DNA from: Micrococcales bacterium UBA7469 | Lineage (GTDB): Bacteria > Actinomycetota > Actinomycetes > Actinomycetales > Microbacteriaceae | DNA length: 64,000 bases | Direction of reading: 5' to 3' | Assembly (NCBI GenBank): GCA_002479805.1 | Contig: DLPB01000025.1 | Location: 3,625-67,624, forward strand | In this document: positions 1-11,017 of the stretch, in pieces | How positions within the stretch are numbered: the first letter of the stretch is position 1 | Layout: every line of letters begins with the position of its first letter | Notes under the pieces: model-generated | What the model saw: only the letters and a program-made list of their open reading frames with translations | Databases searched by the model: none | Told to the model about the DNA's origin: nothing | Translations under genes and position numbers: made by a program

Positions 1-299
1 ATGTCGAAGCGTTGATGATGATTCCGCTCAGCGCACATGCCCTATTCGCTCGTCCTCTGGTGGTTGGACCGCAAACCCAGCTTGCAATCGAGGTGCTAAG
101 ACGCAGCCCTGGATCAGGCGTGCTGTGGTGCGACGGCCGAAGAACTTTTGATTTGGGCCCGGGGTCTAGAGTCGAGGTGCGCCAGAGTAGCGAGCCGGTC
201 CCCATGGTCGTGCTCGAGGATGAGCCGTTTGCAGATCGAATCGTGAAGAAATTCTCACTTCCGGTAACCGGCTGGAGAGGTCCTGACAGCGCCAAGTGA
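1..299 (+). CDS. nadK: NAD kinase, C-terminal part (5' truncated by window)
   Basis: PLSAHALFARPLVV, CDGR, FSLPVTGWRG tail typical of actinobacterial PpnK; directly upstream of recN. Confidence 0.9.
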   Translation, partial: VEALMMIPLSAHALFARPLVVGPQTQLAIEVLRRSPGSGVLWCDGRRTFDLGPGSRVEVRQSSEPVPMVVLEDEPFADRIVKKFSLPVTGWRGPDSAK

Positions 300-1951
300 T
301 TGAAGCAATTGGAATCCGAAACCTCGGGGTAATTGAGTCAGCCCAGCTAGAGCTGCAACCGGGCTTCACGGCGCTGACCGGTGAGACCGGTGCCGGTAAG
401 ACCATGGTGCTCAACGCTCTCTCACTGCTGCTTGGAGGCAGAGCTGATTCGAGTGCAGTCCGAACCGGAGCACAGCAATTGTTTGTTGAGGGGGCATGGC
501 GAATTTCAGACGCCGAGCTGAAGTCAACCGTTGAGGAACTTGGGGGAGAGATTGAGGACGGCACGCTGCTCGTGAACCGGTCTGTGACGTCCGACGGGCG
601 TTCCAGGGCAGTTTTAGGAGGCGCGCAGACCCCAGCGGGAGCGCTTGCAGATTTGGCAGCCAAGCTGGTTACCGTTCACGGACAGTCTGATCAACTCAGG
701 CTGCGGTCCATAGCGGCTCAACGGGATGCATTGGATGAGTTTGCTGGCGAGTCGGTGCTAAGTTCCAAACAGGCCTATGCGATGAGCTTCGCTGCTTTCA
801 AAGAGATTCAAGCTCGTTTGGAGCGATTGCAGTCGGCAGCATCGTCGGATCAGCGCAGAGTCTCAGAACTTAGAGAACTGCTGATCGAGTTAGATCGGCT
901 TTCACCCTCACGCGGCGAATTGCAGGACATCGAAGAGCGAATCAACCGATTGGCAAATGTTGAGTCGCTTCGAATTAGTGCGGCAACTTCGCACGGAGCT
1001 TTGGCAGAGTCTGAACCTTCGGCCCTTGAGCTTTTGGGAATTGCGGCTAGGTCCCTGGAGACCTCAACAGATGCGGAGCTTAGAGAGCTCGGCACTCGGT
1101 TGCGCGCAGTGACGGCTAATGCCTCTGAAATCTCTGCCGAATTGGCATCTTTTTTGATTGATCTCGAGGCCGACCCAGCTCAATTAGAGCAACTGCAACT
1201 TCGCAAGGCAGCGCTGGTTCAACTGGAACGACGACTCGGCATGGAGCTCGACCAGATAATCGACGCGGTGCCAACCTGGCAGGCTGAGCTGCTAGATCTC
1301 GACAGCTCAGATGAGCAACTCGAAAAGCTGGAGATTCAACTCGAGGCAACCCTGTCTCAGTTATCGCTGGCGGCCAGCAAGTTAAGTCAGGCTAGAGCGG
1401 CTGCTGCCGAGGATCTCGTGTTGCGCGTCTCTAAAGAACTTGCGGATCTTGCCATGCAGGGCAATCGATTTAGCGTGAGCGTTACAGCGCTGGGTGAATT
1501 TGAAGCCAGTGGCAATGACCGGGTGGAGTTCTTGCTTGCCAATGCCGGCAGTGAACCAAGACCGCTCGCTAAGGGAGCATCCGGCGGTGAACTCTCCAGA
1601 ATTATGCTCGCAATCGAATTGGTTTTGGCGGGAGATCACCCAATGCCAACCATGATTTTCGATGAGGTTGACGCAGGAGTGGGCGGACAGGCAGCCGTGG
1701 AGCTAGGCAGGAGATTGCGCAGACTGAGCGAAAAGACTCAGGTTATCGTCGTCACTCACCTTCCTCAGGTAGCAGCCTTCGCGCACCAGCAAATTCAAGT
1801 TTCTAAGGAAATTTCTGGCGAAATTACCAAGTCTTCAATTCAACTGTTGAGCAAGATGGAACGTCGCAGAGAGTTAGCCAGGATGCTTTCTGGCAATCCT
1901 GATTCCGAGGTGGCGCTCAAGCACGCCGAAGAACTATTGAATTCTCACTAG
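296..1951 (+). CDS. recN: DNA repair protein RecN
   Basis: TGETGAGKT Walker A, SGGELSR signature, FDEVDAGVGG Walker B, VTHLPQVAA. Confidence 0.97.
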   Translation: MIEAIGIRNLGVIESAQLELQPGFTALTGETGAGKTMVLNALSLLLGGRADSSAVRTGAQQLFVEGAWRISDAELKSTVEELGGEIEDGTLLVNRSVTSDGRSRAVLGGAQTPAGALADLAAKLVTVHGQSDQLRLRSIAAQRDALDEFAGESVLSSKQAYAMSFAAFKEIQARLERLQSAASSDQRRVSELRELLIELDRLSPSRGELQDIEERINRLANVESLRISAATSHGALAESEPSALELLGIAARSLETSTDAELRELGTRLRAVTANASEISAELASFLIDLEADPAQLEQLQLRKAALVQLERRLGMELDQIIDAVPTWQAELLDLDSSDEQLEKLEIQLEATLSQLSLAASKLSQARAAAAEDLVLRVSKELADLAMQGNRFSVSVTALGEFEASGNDRVEFLLANAGSEPRPLAKGASGGELSRIMLAIELVLAGDHPMPTMIFDEVDAGVGGQAAVELGRRLRRLSEKTQVIVVTHLPQVAAFAHQQIQVSKEISGEITKSSIQLLSKMERRRELARMLSGNPDSEVALKHAEELLNSH

Positions 1952-2005
1952 CAACTTTCGTGTCAGCGGCTTTTTGGGGCCTGGGAACTGATAAATTGAA
2001 GTTCC

Positions 2006-3670
2006 ATGGCCAATAGCTCTGGAAACCCCTCTCACATCTTCGTAACCGGTGGCGTTGCGTCTTCACTCGGTAAAGGTTTGACCGCGGCATCGCTCGGCAA
2101 CCTGCTAACCGCACGGGGATTGCGGGTGGTCATGCAGAAACTCGACCCCTATCTAAATGTTGATCCCGGCACCATGAACCCGTTTCAACACGGTGAGGTT
2201 TTTGTAACCGACGATGGCGCCGAGACCGACTTGGATATCGGTCACTACGAGCGCTTTTTGGACATCAACCTAGATGCGGCTGCCAACGTGACAACCGGTC
2301 AGGCCTACTCCACCGTGATTGCCAAAGAGCGACGCGGAGAGTATCTGGGTGACACCGTTCAGGTGATTCCACATATCACAGATGAAATCAAGCGCAGGAT
2401 GCGACTGCAAGCGACTCAAGAGCCAATTCCTGATGTCATCATCACCGAGATCGGTGGCACGGTGGGAGATATCGAATCGCAGCCATTTATGGAGGCGGCT
2501 CGTCAGGTTCGCCGCGATGTAGGTCGCGACAACGTCTTCTTTGTGCACGTCACTCTGGTGCCTTACCTCAAGCCATCGGGTGAGCTGAAGACTAAGCCAA
2601 CCCAGCACTCGGTTGCGATGTTGCGGTCGCTGGGAATTGCCCCGGATGCGATTGTTTGTCGCTCAGACCGAGACTTGCCAGAGGGCATCAAGAGCAAGAT
2701 CGCGAACATGTGTGACGTTGACCGCGAGGCGGTTGTTACCGCAGCGGATGCAGCCTCCATCTATGACATTCCAAAGGTTTTGCATGCCGAGGGCCTAGAC
2801 AGCTACATCATTCGCAAGCTAGGGCTGAGCGCTAAGGATGTCGACTGGACCAACTGGTCTCCGGTTCTCGATGCGGTTCACGAACCTAAGCACGAGGTAA
2901 CCATCGGGTTGGTTGGAAAGTACATCGACTTGCCAGACGCTTATCTTTCGGTCACCGAAGCGCTGCGCGCCGGCGGCTTTGCAGAGTCCACCAAGGTAAA
3001 TATTCGCTGGATCAAGTCCGATGATTGCGAGACTGAGGCCGGCGCTCGCGAGCTGCTGGGGGACCTAGACGCCATCTGCGTGCCCGGTGGTTTCGGCATC
3101 CGCGGCATCGAGGGCAAGCTGGGTGCGTTGAAGTTCGCCAGGGAGAACTTGATTCCAACCATTGGTCTCTGCCTAGGTCTGCAGTGCATGGTAATTGAAT
3201 ACGCCCGAAACGTAGCCGGTATTTCAGGTGCGACCTCGAGCGAATTTGAACCGGGAGCACCGCACCCGGTGATTGCCACCATGGCTGAGCAGGTTGACGT
3301 TCTCGCCGCCGGTGACATGGGTGGCACCATGCGCCTTGGTCTTTACGAAGCCAAGCTGCAGGCTGGTTCGGTGATAGCTGAAACCTATGGTTCGCTAACT
3401 GCAACTGAGCGTCACCGCCACCGCTACGAGGTGAACAACCACTACCGCGATCAGATCGCGGCCGCTGGCCTGGTCTTCTCTGGCACCAGCCCTGATGGTC
3501 AGTTGGTTGAGTATGTCGAGCTGCCGAAGTCGGTTCACCCTTATTACGTATCCACCCAGGCTCACCCTGAGTTCAAGTCACGTCCAACCAAGCCAAACCC
3601 AATGTTCCACGGTCTGGTCAAGGCAGCTCTTGAGCGCCAGAAGCAGCAAAAGCTATTTGACGAGGCCTAA
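2006..3670 (+). CDS. pyrG: CTP synthase
   Basis: [47 protein letters not shown]. Confidence 0.99.
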   Translation: MANSSGNPSHIFVTGGVASSLGKGLTAASLGNLLTARGLRVVMQKLDPYLNVDPGTMNPFQHGEVFVTDDGAETDLDIGHYERFLDINLDAAANVTTGQAYSTVIAKERRGEYLGDTVQVIPHITDEIKRRMRLQATQEPIPDVIITEIGGTVGDIESQPFMEAARQVRRDVGRDNVFFVHVTLVPYLKPSGELKTKPTQHSVAMLRSLGIAPDAIVCRSDRDLPEGIKSKIANMCDVDREAVVTAADAASIYDIPKVLHAEGLDSYIIRKLGLSAKDVDWTNWSPVLDAVHEPKHEVTIGLVGKYIDLPDAYLSVTEALRAGGFAESTKVNIRWIKSDDCETEAGARELLGDLDAICVPGGFGIRGIEGKLGALKFARENLIPTIGLCLGLQCMVIEYARNVAGISGATSSEFEPGAPHPVIATMAEQVDVLAAGDMGGTMRLGLYEAKLQAGSVIAETYGSLTATERHRHRYEVNNHYRDQIAAAGLVFSGTSPDGQLVEYVELPKSVHPYYVSTQAHPEFKSRPTKPNPMFHGLVKAALERQKQQKLFDEA

Positions 3671-4570
3671 ATGACCGTGCCGCTGGATGGATATCTGCGG
3701 CACCTTGCGGTTGAGCGCGGGCTGAGCAAAAACACCTTGAGTGCGTATCGGGCAGACCTTGCCAAATACCGCGAGTTTTTAGAGCAGTCGCATTTATCGG
3801 AACTGTCAATCACAAGGGCTGAGCTGAGTGAATTTCTGATTTGGCTAAATCAGAAAAACCTCAGAGCAGCATCCTCTGCGCGCATTTTGGCTGCCGTCCG
3901 CGGCTATCAGAAGTATCTGCTGCTGGAGAATCTGCGAACCGATGACCCCGGCCAACAGGTCAAAAGCCCCAAGCTTCCCAAGCGTTTGCCCAAAGCGCTC
4001 TCGCAATCGCAGGTCATGGCCTTACTTGGCGCAGCAGGTCCAGAGCCCGATGATGAGTCGGCCGATCCTTTGAGGTTGCGCAATCGGGCAATCTTGGAGC
4101 TGATGTACTCATCGGGTTGCCGCGTCAGCGAGGTTGCGCAACTTGATCTAGATGAAATGGTGTCGGGGGGTTGGGTGCGAATCAGGGGCAAGGGTTCGAA
4201 AGAGCGTTTGGTGCCAGTTGGATCATTTGCGCAGCGCGCGATCGATGCCTATTTGGTGCGCTCTCGGCCGATGCTAGCGGCCAGGTCGGGCGGCCCGGCA
4301 CTGTTTTTGAATCAACGAGGCACTCGGCTATCCAGGCAAAGTATCTGGGAAATCATTCAGAGTGCGGGGGAGTCCTGTGGGCTAAGCGTCTCGCCACACT
4401 CGCTCAGGCACTCATTCGCAACCCACCTAATCGAAGGTGGGGCGGATGTCAGAGTGGTTCAAGAGCTTTTGGGGCACGCATCGGTCGCCACCACGCAGAT
4501 TTACACCCTGGTCACAATTGATACGTTGCGGCAGGTTTATGCGTCCGCTCACCCCCGTGCACGGCGGTAG
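3671..4570 (+). CDS. xerD: Site-specific tyrosine recombinase XerD
   Basis: GCRVSE, KGSKER, HSLRHSFATH, LLGHASVATTQIY catalytic motifs; conserved pyrG-xerD-parA-scpAB context. Confidence 0.92.
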   Translation: MTVPLDGYLRHLAVERGLSKNTLSAYRADLAKYREFLEQSHLSELSITRAELSEFLIWLNQKNLRAASSARILAAVRGYQKYLLLENLRTDDPGQQVKSPKLPKRLPKALSQSQVMALLGAAGPEPDDESADPLRLRNRAILELMYSSGCRVSEVAQLDLDEMVSGGWVRIRGKGSKERLVPVGSFAQRAIDAYLVRSRPMLAARSGGPALFLNQRGTRLSRQSIWEIIQSAGESCGLSVSPHSLRHSFATHLIEGGADVRVVQELLGHASVATTQIYTLVTIDTLRQVYASAHPRARR

Positions 4571-4599
4571 GCTAGTGGCAGAAAAAGTTGGAGGCACCG

Positions 4600-5424
4600 G
4601 TGAATCTTTCTAAGAAGGAATTCCCAGTTCCGGCCAAGCTCAAGGAGCACGGACCGGCACGCATCATTGCAATGTGCAATCAAAAAGGTGGCGTAGGTAA
4701 GACCACCACCACCATCAATCTCGCCGCATCGCTCGCGGATTACGGTCGCAAGATTCTGGTTGTTGACTTTGACCCGCAGGGCGCGCTTTCGGTAAACCTC
4801 GACGCTGATTACCAGGATGCTCCAACCATCTACGACCTAATGATGAATGTCACAATGGACCCTCACGAGGCAATCCAAAAGACCGCGATAGCAAACCTTG
4901 ACGTGATTCCTGCGAACATCGACCTGTCGGCTGCCGAGATGAATCTGGTGACCGAAATGGGTCGCGAGCGCGTGCTCGATGGCATCTTGAACAAGGTCAA
5001 AGACGAGTATGACGTCATCTTTATTGACTGCCAGCCATCGTTGGGTCTTTTGACTGTGAACGCACTAACTGCGGCGCACGGCGTCTTGATTCCGATGGCA
5101 ACTGAGTTTTTTGCTCTGCGCGGAGTTGCACTTTTGGTTCAAACCATCGAAAAGGTGAAGGCCAGAACCAACCCAACCCTGCAGCTCGATGGTCTAATCC
5201 CAACCATGCACGATGCTCGCACTCTGCACTCGCGTGAGGTGCTGGAGCGCCTTCAGGAAGCATTCGACGGCAAGGTTTTCCAGACTGCCATTGGAAGAAC
5301 CGTAAAGTTCCCCGATGCCACCGTTGCCAGAAAGCCAATTACCGAATTTGCACCTAGCTCAGATGCCGCCGAGGCTTATCGCCGGGTAGCAAGGGAGCTG
5401 GTGAGCCGTGGCTGTGCAGCTTGA
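4600..5424 (+). CDS. ParA/Soj-family ATPase (orphan, Rv1708/PldP-like)
   Basis: NQKGGVGKTTT deviant Walker A, DFDPQG, IDCQPSLG; start moved to GTG 4600 after GGAGG. Confidence 0.92.
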   Translation: MNLSKKEFPVPAKLKEHGPARIIAMCNQKGGVGKTTTTINLAASLADYGRKILVVDFDPQGALSVNLDADYQDAPTIYDLMMNVTMDPHEAIQKTAIANLDVIPANIDLSAAEMNLVTEMGRERVLDGILNKVKDEYDVIFIDCQPSLGLLTVNALTAAHGVLIPMATEFFALRGVALLVQTIEKVKARTNPTLQLDGLIPTMHDARTLHSREVLERLQEAFDGKVFQTAIGRTVKFPDATVARKPITEFAPSSDAAEAYRRVARELVSRGCAA

Positions 5425-6211
5425 CTCTGAAATAGATTTTCAGCTTCAACTAGAAAACTTCGAGGGTCCTTTTGACCTGCTATTGCGTCTAATCGGCAAA
5501 CATGAGCTTGACATCACCACCGTGTCGCTAGCGCGGGTGACCGATGACTTCATTCAGTACGTAAAACAACTGGATGAACAGGCTGGTATTGAAAGCGCAT
5601 CCGAGTTCCTGGTGGTGGCAGCAACGCTGCTAGATCTAAAGATTGCATCGCTTTTGCCTCAGGGTGAAGTGGTTGATGCCGAAGACATTGCACTTTTGGA
5701 GGCCAGGGACATTCTGTTCGCCAAGTTGCTGCAGTATCGCGCATTCAAGGAGATTGCCAGCTGGTTCGGGACCGCTTTAGAGATCGAGTCCAGTCGAATT
5801 CCTCGAGAGGTCAGGCTGGAAGATCGCTTCCGAAACGCCCGACCTCAACTGCAGTGGGAGACGTCGCTTCAAGACTTTGCTCATATAGCTCAGCTGGCCT
5901 TTGCGCCTCGTGAGATTCCCGGGGTTGGCCTCACCCACCTGCACGCTCCCAAAGTTTCAATTCGTGAGCAGGCTCGCATCATGGTGGAAAGACTGCGCAA
6001 GGCCGGCAGCCTTACCTTCCGCGAGCTGATTGCCGATTGTGCCGACCGAGCCGAGTTGGTAGCAAGGTTTTTGGGCATTCTGGAGCTCTACCGAGTCGGT
6101 GCAGCGTCATTCCAGCAGAGCGACCCATTCGCGGATTTCACCGTGGTCTGGGAAGATAAAACCTTTGCGATGGACTCACTAGGAATGTTAGGGGCTGACT
6201 ATGGCGACTGA
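5408..6211 (+). CDS. scpA: Segregation and condensation protein A
   Basis: NFEGPFDLLL N-terminus, RFLGILELY C-terminus. Confidence 0.95.
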   Translation: MAVQLDSEIDFQLQLENFEGPFDLLLRLIGKHELDITTVSLARVTDDFIQYVKQLDEQAGIESASEFLVVAATLLDLKIASLLPQGEVVDAEDIALLEARDILFAKLLQYRAFKEIASWFGTALEIESSRIPREVRLEDRFRNARPQLQWETSLQDFAHIAQLAFAPREIPGVGLTHLHAPKVSIREQARIMVERLRKAGSLTFRELIADCADRAELVARFLGILELYRVGAASFQQSDPFADFTVVWEDKTFAMDSLGMLGADYGD

Positions 6212-6749
6212 TTACGCGCTCAGGGCGGCCCTGGAGGCCATCCTAACCGTGGCCGAGACTCCGCTAAACCTAGTGACCTTAGCTGGAGCACTAGAAGTGC
6301 CAATCGCACAGGTCAAAGCAGAACTTGAAGGTTTGGTTCAGGAATACGAGAGCGCCAACGATGGCCTGGGACGTGGGTTTGAACTTCGCGAGGTTGGCGG
6401 CGGCTGGAGACTTTACGTGCGAGCCCAGCACGATTGGGCCGTGAAGCTTTTGGTAGCGAATGAGAATCCCGCCAAGTTGTCCCAGGCTGCGCTTGAGACC
6501 CTTGCGGTGATTGCCTACCGCCAACCAATTTCTCGAGGGCAGGTATCTTCTATTCGCGGAGTGAACGTTGACTCTGTGGTCCGAACCCTGCTGTCGCGAG
6601 GCTTAATCACCGAGCTCTATACCGACGCCGAAACCGGAGCTGCCATGTTTGGCTCAACCGAGTTGCTGCTTGAGGTATTGGGAATTAATTCAATCGAGGA
6701 ACTACCGGCCATCAGCCCGTATTTGCCGGGACAGGATGACATTGACTGA
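6201..6749 (+). CDS. scpB: SMC-Scp complex subunit ScpB
   Basis: LSQAALETLAVIAYRQPISR, IRGVNVD. Confidence 0.96.
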   Translation: MATDYALRAALEAILTVAETPLNLVTLAGALEVPIAQVKAELEGLVQEYESANDGLGRGFELREVGGGWRLYVRAQHDWAVKLLVANENPAKLSQAALETLAVIAYRQPISRGQVSSIRGVNVDSVVRTLLSRGLITELYTDAETGAAMFGSTELLLEVLGINSIEELPAISPYLPGQDDID

Positions 6750-7497
6750 TAACGAAGGCGTACGCCTGCAAAAAGTATTGGCGGCAGCTGGGGTGGCATC
6801 GCGCCGCGCGGTTGAAGAAATGATTGTCAAGGGCCGCATTAAGGTCAACGGCAAGGTCGTCAAAGAGCTCGGCACCCGAATTCACCCGGATGTCGATCAA
6901 GTTCAAGTCGATGGCAAGCCATGGCAGCTAGATCCGGAGCGTATCTACTTGGCATTTCATAAGCCCAAGGGCGTGGTGTCAACCATGGCTGATGAAAACG
7001 GCAGGCCTTGTCTAGCCGACTACTTCGTGGGCTTTGATCGAGTCTTCAACATCGGTCGTTTGGATGCCGAAACCACCGGATTGATTCTGATGACCAATGA
7101 TGGCGAATTGGCAAATGAATTGGCGCACCCTTCTTTTGGCGTGGAGAAGCTTTACGTTGCCAAGGTGCGTGGAAAAATCACTGCGGTCGAGATGCGTAAG
7201 CTAAAAGAAGGCGTGAAGCTGGAGGACGGCATCGCGCAGGCAGATGCCGCCAGGGTGTTGGATCAAAACGAGCAGACTTCTTTGGTCGAGCTGGTGCTGC
7301 ACTCCGGTAAGAATCGGGTGGTTCGTCGCATGATGGAGGCGGTCGGCTTTCCGGTATTAGAGCTAACAAGAAAGAGCTTCGGCCCGATGCGCCTGGGCAA
7401 TCTCAAGCCTGGGCAGTTCCGCGAGTTGAGTAAACTTGAGGTGAGCATGCTTATGGAAGCTGCCACTGGGAAAGAAGTAGCTAGAAAGAGGCGCTAA
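6736..7497 (+). CDS. rluB: Pseudouridine synthase (RluB/RsuA family) with S4 domain
   Basis: RLQKVLAAAGVASRR S4 domain, GRLDAETTGL catalytic motif; start moved to ATG 6736. Confidence 0.9.
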   Translation: MTLTDNEGVRLQKVLAAAGVASRRAVEEMIVKGRIKVNGKVVKELGTRIHPDVDQVQVDGKPWQLDPERIYLAFHKPKGVVSTMADENGRPCLADYFVGFDRVFNIGRLDAETTGLILMTNDGELANELAHPSFGVEKLYVAKVRGKITAVEMRKLKEGVKLEDGIAQADAARVLDQNEQTSLVELVLHSGKNRVVRRMMEAVGFPVLELTRKSFGPMRLGNLKPGQFRELSKLEVSMLMEAATGKEVARKRR

Positions 7498-7859
7498 TGG
7501 CCGTTCGTGCAATTAGGGGAGCCATTCAAATCAATCAGGATGAGCGCTCCGAGCTTCTCAAGGCGACGGCTGAGCTGGTCACCAAGGTTCTGCACGAGAA
7601 CAATCTCGATCTTGCTGACCTAATTTCAATTTGGTTTACCGCAACTCCCGATTTGGTGAGTGAGTTTCCGGCGCTCGCGGCTCGCGAGCTGGGTCTGGGC
7701 GATGTGCCACTGATGTGTTCGGTGGAGATGGCGGTAGCCGGCTCAATGCCTCGCGTGATTCGATTGATGATGCACGTGGAGACCAAGCTTTCCCGCTCCG
7801 AAATCAAGCATGTCTATCTGCGCGGCGCGGCATCGCTAAGGGCTGATCTAGCCCAGTGA
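7497..7859 (+). CDS. aroH: Chorismate mutase, AroH type
   Basis: VRAIRGA, FTATPDL, FPALAAR, HVYLRGAASLRADL. Confidence 0.93.
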   Translation: MAVRAIRGAIQINQDERSELLKATAELVTKVLHENNLDLADLISIWFTATPDLVSEFPALAARELGLGDVPLMCSVEMAVAGSMPRVIRLMMHVETKLSRSEIKHVYLRGAASLRADLAQ

Positions 7860-8923
7860 AAAACCCACAGGTAAAGATTGTCGGGGCTGGCCTTTTGGGC
7901 ACCAGCCTTGGCTTGGCGTTGGCGCGGCAGTCGGTAACCGCGACTCTGGAAGACCAGTCCAAAGCAAACCTCAGGCTGGCAATCGAATACGGCGCCGGAG
8001 TCGAGAGCGGGCCGGAGCCAGATTTGGTAATTGTTTGCGTCCCACCGGATCTAACCGCTGATGTTGTAATTGCCCAGCTGCAAAAACACCCGCAGGCCAT
8101 CGTCACGGATGTGGCATCAGTGAAGAGCAAAATTGCCACTGAGGTTTCTGCGGCACTGCCAACCCACTCGCACCGCTACATCGGTTCCCACCCAATGGCA
8201 GGTCGAGAAAAGGGCGGCCCGTCAGCAGCTCGAGCCGATCTGTTTTTTGCACGTCCATGGGTAATCACCGCCTCGGAGCAATCCAGTGCAGCGGCAATCG
8301 ACCTAATCAGGGACATTGCACTTCGCCTCGGTGCCTTGCCGGTTGAGCTAAGCGCATTGGAGCATGACCAGGCGGTGGCTTTGGTTTCTCACCTACCGCA
8401 ACTTGTAGCATCGCTTTTGGCCAATCGATTGAACCTTGGTTCGGCTGAGCAGCTTGGCCTAGCTGGTCAGGGGTTGCGCGATACTTCGCGCATTGCGGCC
8501 AGCGACCCACAGCTTTGGGTGCAGATCGTCTCACAAAATTCACACGCCATCGCGCCGCTGTTGATCCAGCTGAAGGCGGATTTGGAGCACCTCAGCGAAT
8601 CGATTGCAAATATCGAGAAGTCGGGGAGCCTTGCGCAAATTCACGGCATTTTGCAGGGCGGTAATTCCGGTGTGGCTCGCATTCCAGGTAAGCACGGTGG
8701 AAAGGGAAATAACTTCCAGGTTGTAACCGTGGTCATTGAGGATGCCCCTGGCGCACTGGCTAGCCTTCTTACGTTCATTGGAGAGATCGGTGTTAACCTC
8801 GAGGATCTCAACCTGGAGCATTCACCTGGAGCACCGATTGGTCTAGTAGAGCTGCAGGTTTTACCAGAGGTTGCAGAGCGCTTGAGCGAGCAGTTGACCA
8901 CAAACGGCTGGCGGTTGGTCTAG
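7856..8923 (+). CDS. tyrA: Prephenate dehydrogenase with C-terminal ACT domain
   Basis: GAGLLG Rossmann motif, DVASVK, HPMAGRE, HDQAVALVSHLPQ, ACT-like tail. Confidence 0.93.
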   Translation: MKNPQVKIVGAGLLGTSLGLALARQSVTATLEDQSKANLRLAIEYGAGVESGPEPDLVIVCVPPDLTADVVIAQLQKHPQAIVTDVASVKSKIATEVSAALPTHSHRYIGSHPMAGREKGGPSAARADLFFARPWVITASEQSSAAAIDLIRDIALRLGALPVELSALEHDQAVALVSHLPQLVASLLANRLNLGSAEQLGLAGQGLRDTSRIAASDPQLWVQIVSQNSHAIAPLLIQLKADLEHLSESIANIEKSGSLAQIHGILQGGNSGVARIPGKHGGKGNNFQVVTVVIEDAPGALASLLTFIGEIGVNLEDLNLEHSPGAPIGLVELQVLPEVAERLSEQLTTNGWRLV

Positions 8924-9561
8924 TGGCTGAATTTGTAATTGCGATTGATGGGCCAGCTGGATCCGGTAAATCCAGTGTTTCAAAAGAAGCAGCTCGAAGG
9001 CTTGGATTTGGCTATCTAGACACCGGCGCCGGCTACCGAGCGTTAGCACTGCATGGGCTCAATCATCCCGAACTAACAATTGAAGAATTGCTTGAGTCTT
9101 TTGACTACTCAATTTCTCTTGATCCAGATGCTGCCAAGGTGACACTCGGTGAGCAAGACGTAACTGCAGAAATACGAACCGAGCGCACGGCAAGTGCGGT
9201 AAGCCAAATTGCCCGAGAGCCTGCGGTGAGGGCGATGCAGCTGCTAGATGCCAGAAACCGAATTTCCGCTTGCGATAAGCCTGGGATTGTGGTCGAGGGG
9301 CGCGATATCACAACCGTGGTTGCACCAGATGCAAGCTTACGAATATTGCTTACTGCCCAAGAGGCCGTTAGGCTCGCTAGGAGAGGTTTAGAAAACAGCG
9401 AGAGTGCTGAGAACCTCAAGGCCCGTGACGCTTCCGATTCGAAGGTTGTCGAGTTCATGACTGCGGCCGAAGGTGTTTATTTAGTTGATACCACTGACTT
9501 GGATTTTGAATCCAGCGTGGCTGAGGTATTGAGATTGGTAGAGGTGGTGAAGCATGGCTGA
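8923..9561 (+). CDS. cmk: Cytidylate kinase
   Basis: [24 protein letters not shown]. Confidence 0.96.
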   Translation: MAEFVIAIDGPAGSGKSSVSKEAARRLGFGYLDTGAGYRALALHGLNHPELTIEELLESFDYSISLDPDAAKVTLGEQDVTAEIRTERTASAVSQIAREPAVRAMQLLDARNRISACDKPGIVVEGRDITTVVAPDASLRILLTAQEAVRLARRGLENSESAENLKARDASDSKVVEFMTAAEGVYLVDTTDLDFESSVAEVLRLVEVVKHG

Positions 9562-11017
9562 AGAATTCGACCCGGTATTGGCCGAGGCTCAGGCGCAGGT
9601 GTTGCGAGAGGAACTGAGTCAGTACGACTTAGATGAAGAAGACTTTGGGCTGCTTGAGCTCGAACTCGATGAGGAATACCAGGATGGGTATCGCCCATCG
9701 CCACCGGTTTTGGCAATTGTTGGAAGGCCGAACGTTGGTAAGTCTGCATTGGTCAACCGCATACTTGGCCGTCGCGAGGCGGTCGTTGAGGATAAGCCGG
9801 GCATCACTCGCGACCGAGTTTCTTACCGTGCCGAATGGAACGGGCGAGCAATTACCCTGGTCGACACCGGTGGCTGGGAGCACGATGCTTCGGGCATCGA
9901 CGCTTCGGTAGCCGAGCAAGCCGAGATTGCGGTAGATCTAGCTGATGCAGTTTTGTTCGTGGTCGATGCACTAGTGGGTCCAACCGCCTCTGATGAGCGC
10001 GTGGTCAAGATGTTGCGCGGTTCTGGCAAGCCGGTTTTGCTAGTTGCCAACAAAATTGACGATGCGCACCTAGACCCAGAGGCTCACGCGCTCTGGAGCC
10101 TCGGCCTTGGCGAGCCGTACCCGGTTTCAGCCCTGCACGGTAGGGGAGTGGCGGACTTACTCGATGCCGCACTGAAGGTGCTTCCTGAGAAGTCGGCAAT
10201 TGCCGCCGATGAGTTCTCCGGCCCGCGCAGAGTAGCGCTGATTGGCCGACCAAACGTTGGAAAGTCATCACTTCTGAACAAGGCCACCGGTACTAATCGT
10301 GCGGTCGTAAACGACATGGCCGGAACCACTCGCGACCCAATTGACGAGCAGGTTGAGATTTCCGGTCGCATCTGGCGATTTATCGACACCGCGGGTATCC
10401 GCCGCAAGATGCACCGCGTCGAAGGTGCTGACTTTTACGCATCACTTCGAACCGCAACCGCGCTGGAGCGTGCCGAAGTGGCGGTAGTGCTATTTGACGT
10501 CACTGAACCAATCAGTGAGGCAGATATCCGTATCGTGCAGCTGGGGCTGGACTCTGGTCGCGCGCTGGTCTTGGCTTTCAACAAGTGGGACCTGCTTGAC
10601 GATGAGCGCCGCATCTACCTCGAGAAAGAGATTGATCGCGACCTAGCTCACGTTGACTGGGCACCTAGGGTAAACATCTCGGCATCCACCGGACGTCACC
10701 TGGAGAAGCTGGTGCCGGCTCTAGAGCTTGCGCTTGAGTCCTGGGACACCAGAATTCCAACCGGAAAGCTCAACGCCTTCTTGCAGGAGTTGCAGGCTGC
10801 CACCCCGCACCCAATTCGCGGTGGAAAGCAGCCCAGGATCTTGTTTGGTACCCAGGCTGCGTCCAGGCCACCGAAGTTCGTGTTATTTGCCACCGGCTTC
10901 ATCGAGGCTGGCTACCGCCGCTACATCATCAGAAAGCTCCGCGAGACCTACGGTTTTGAAGGCAGCCCAATTGAGATCGGCGTCCGAGTTCGAGAGCGTC
11001 GCAAGCGCGGTAAGTAA
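9554..11017 (+). CDS. der: Ribosome biogenesis GTPase Der
   Basis: Two tandem GRPNVGKS G-domains, DTGG/DTAG, NKID/NKWD. Confidence 0.98.
   Translation: MAEEFDPVLAEAQAQVLREELSQYDLDEEDFGLLELELDEEYQDGYRPSPPVLAIVGRPNVGKSALVNRILGRREAVVEDKPGITRDRVSYRAEWNGRAITLVDTGGWEHDASGIDASVAEQAEIAVDLADAVLFVVDALVGPTASDERVVKMLRGSGKPVLLVANKIDDAHLDPEAHALWSLGLGEPYPVSALHGRGVADLLDAALKVLPEKSAIAADEFSGPRRVALIGRPNVGKSSLLNKATGTNRAVVNDMAGTTRDPIDEQVEISGRIWRFIDTAGIRRKMHRVEGADFYASLRTATALERAEVAVVLFDVTEPISEADIRIVQLGLDSGRALVLAFNKWDLLDDERRIYLEKEIDRDLAHVDWAPRVNISASTGRHLEKLVPALELALESWDTRIPTGKLNAFLQELQAATPHPIRGGKQPRILFGTQAASRPPKFVLFATGFIEAGYRRYIIRKLRETYGFEGSPIEIGVRVRERRKRGK

Noticed and set aside
3671..4570. Tyrosine recombinase as a phage or island integrase
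   Set aside because: Size, motifs and pyrG-xerD-parA-scpAB context indicate chromosomal XerD; no att sites or cargo
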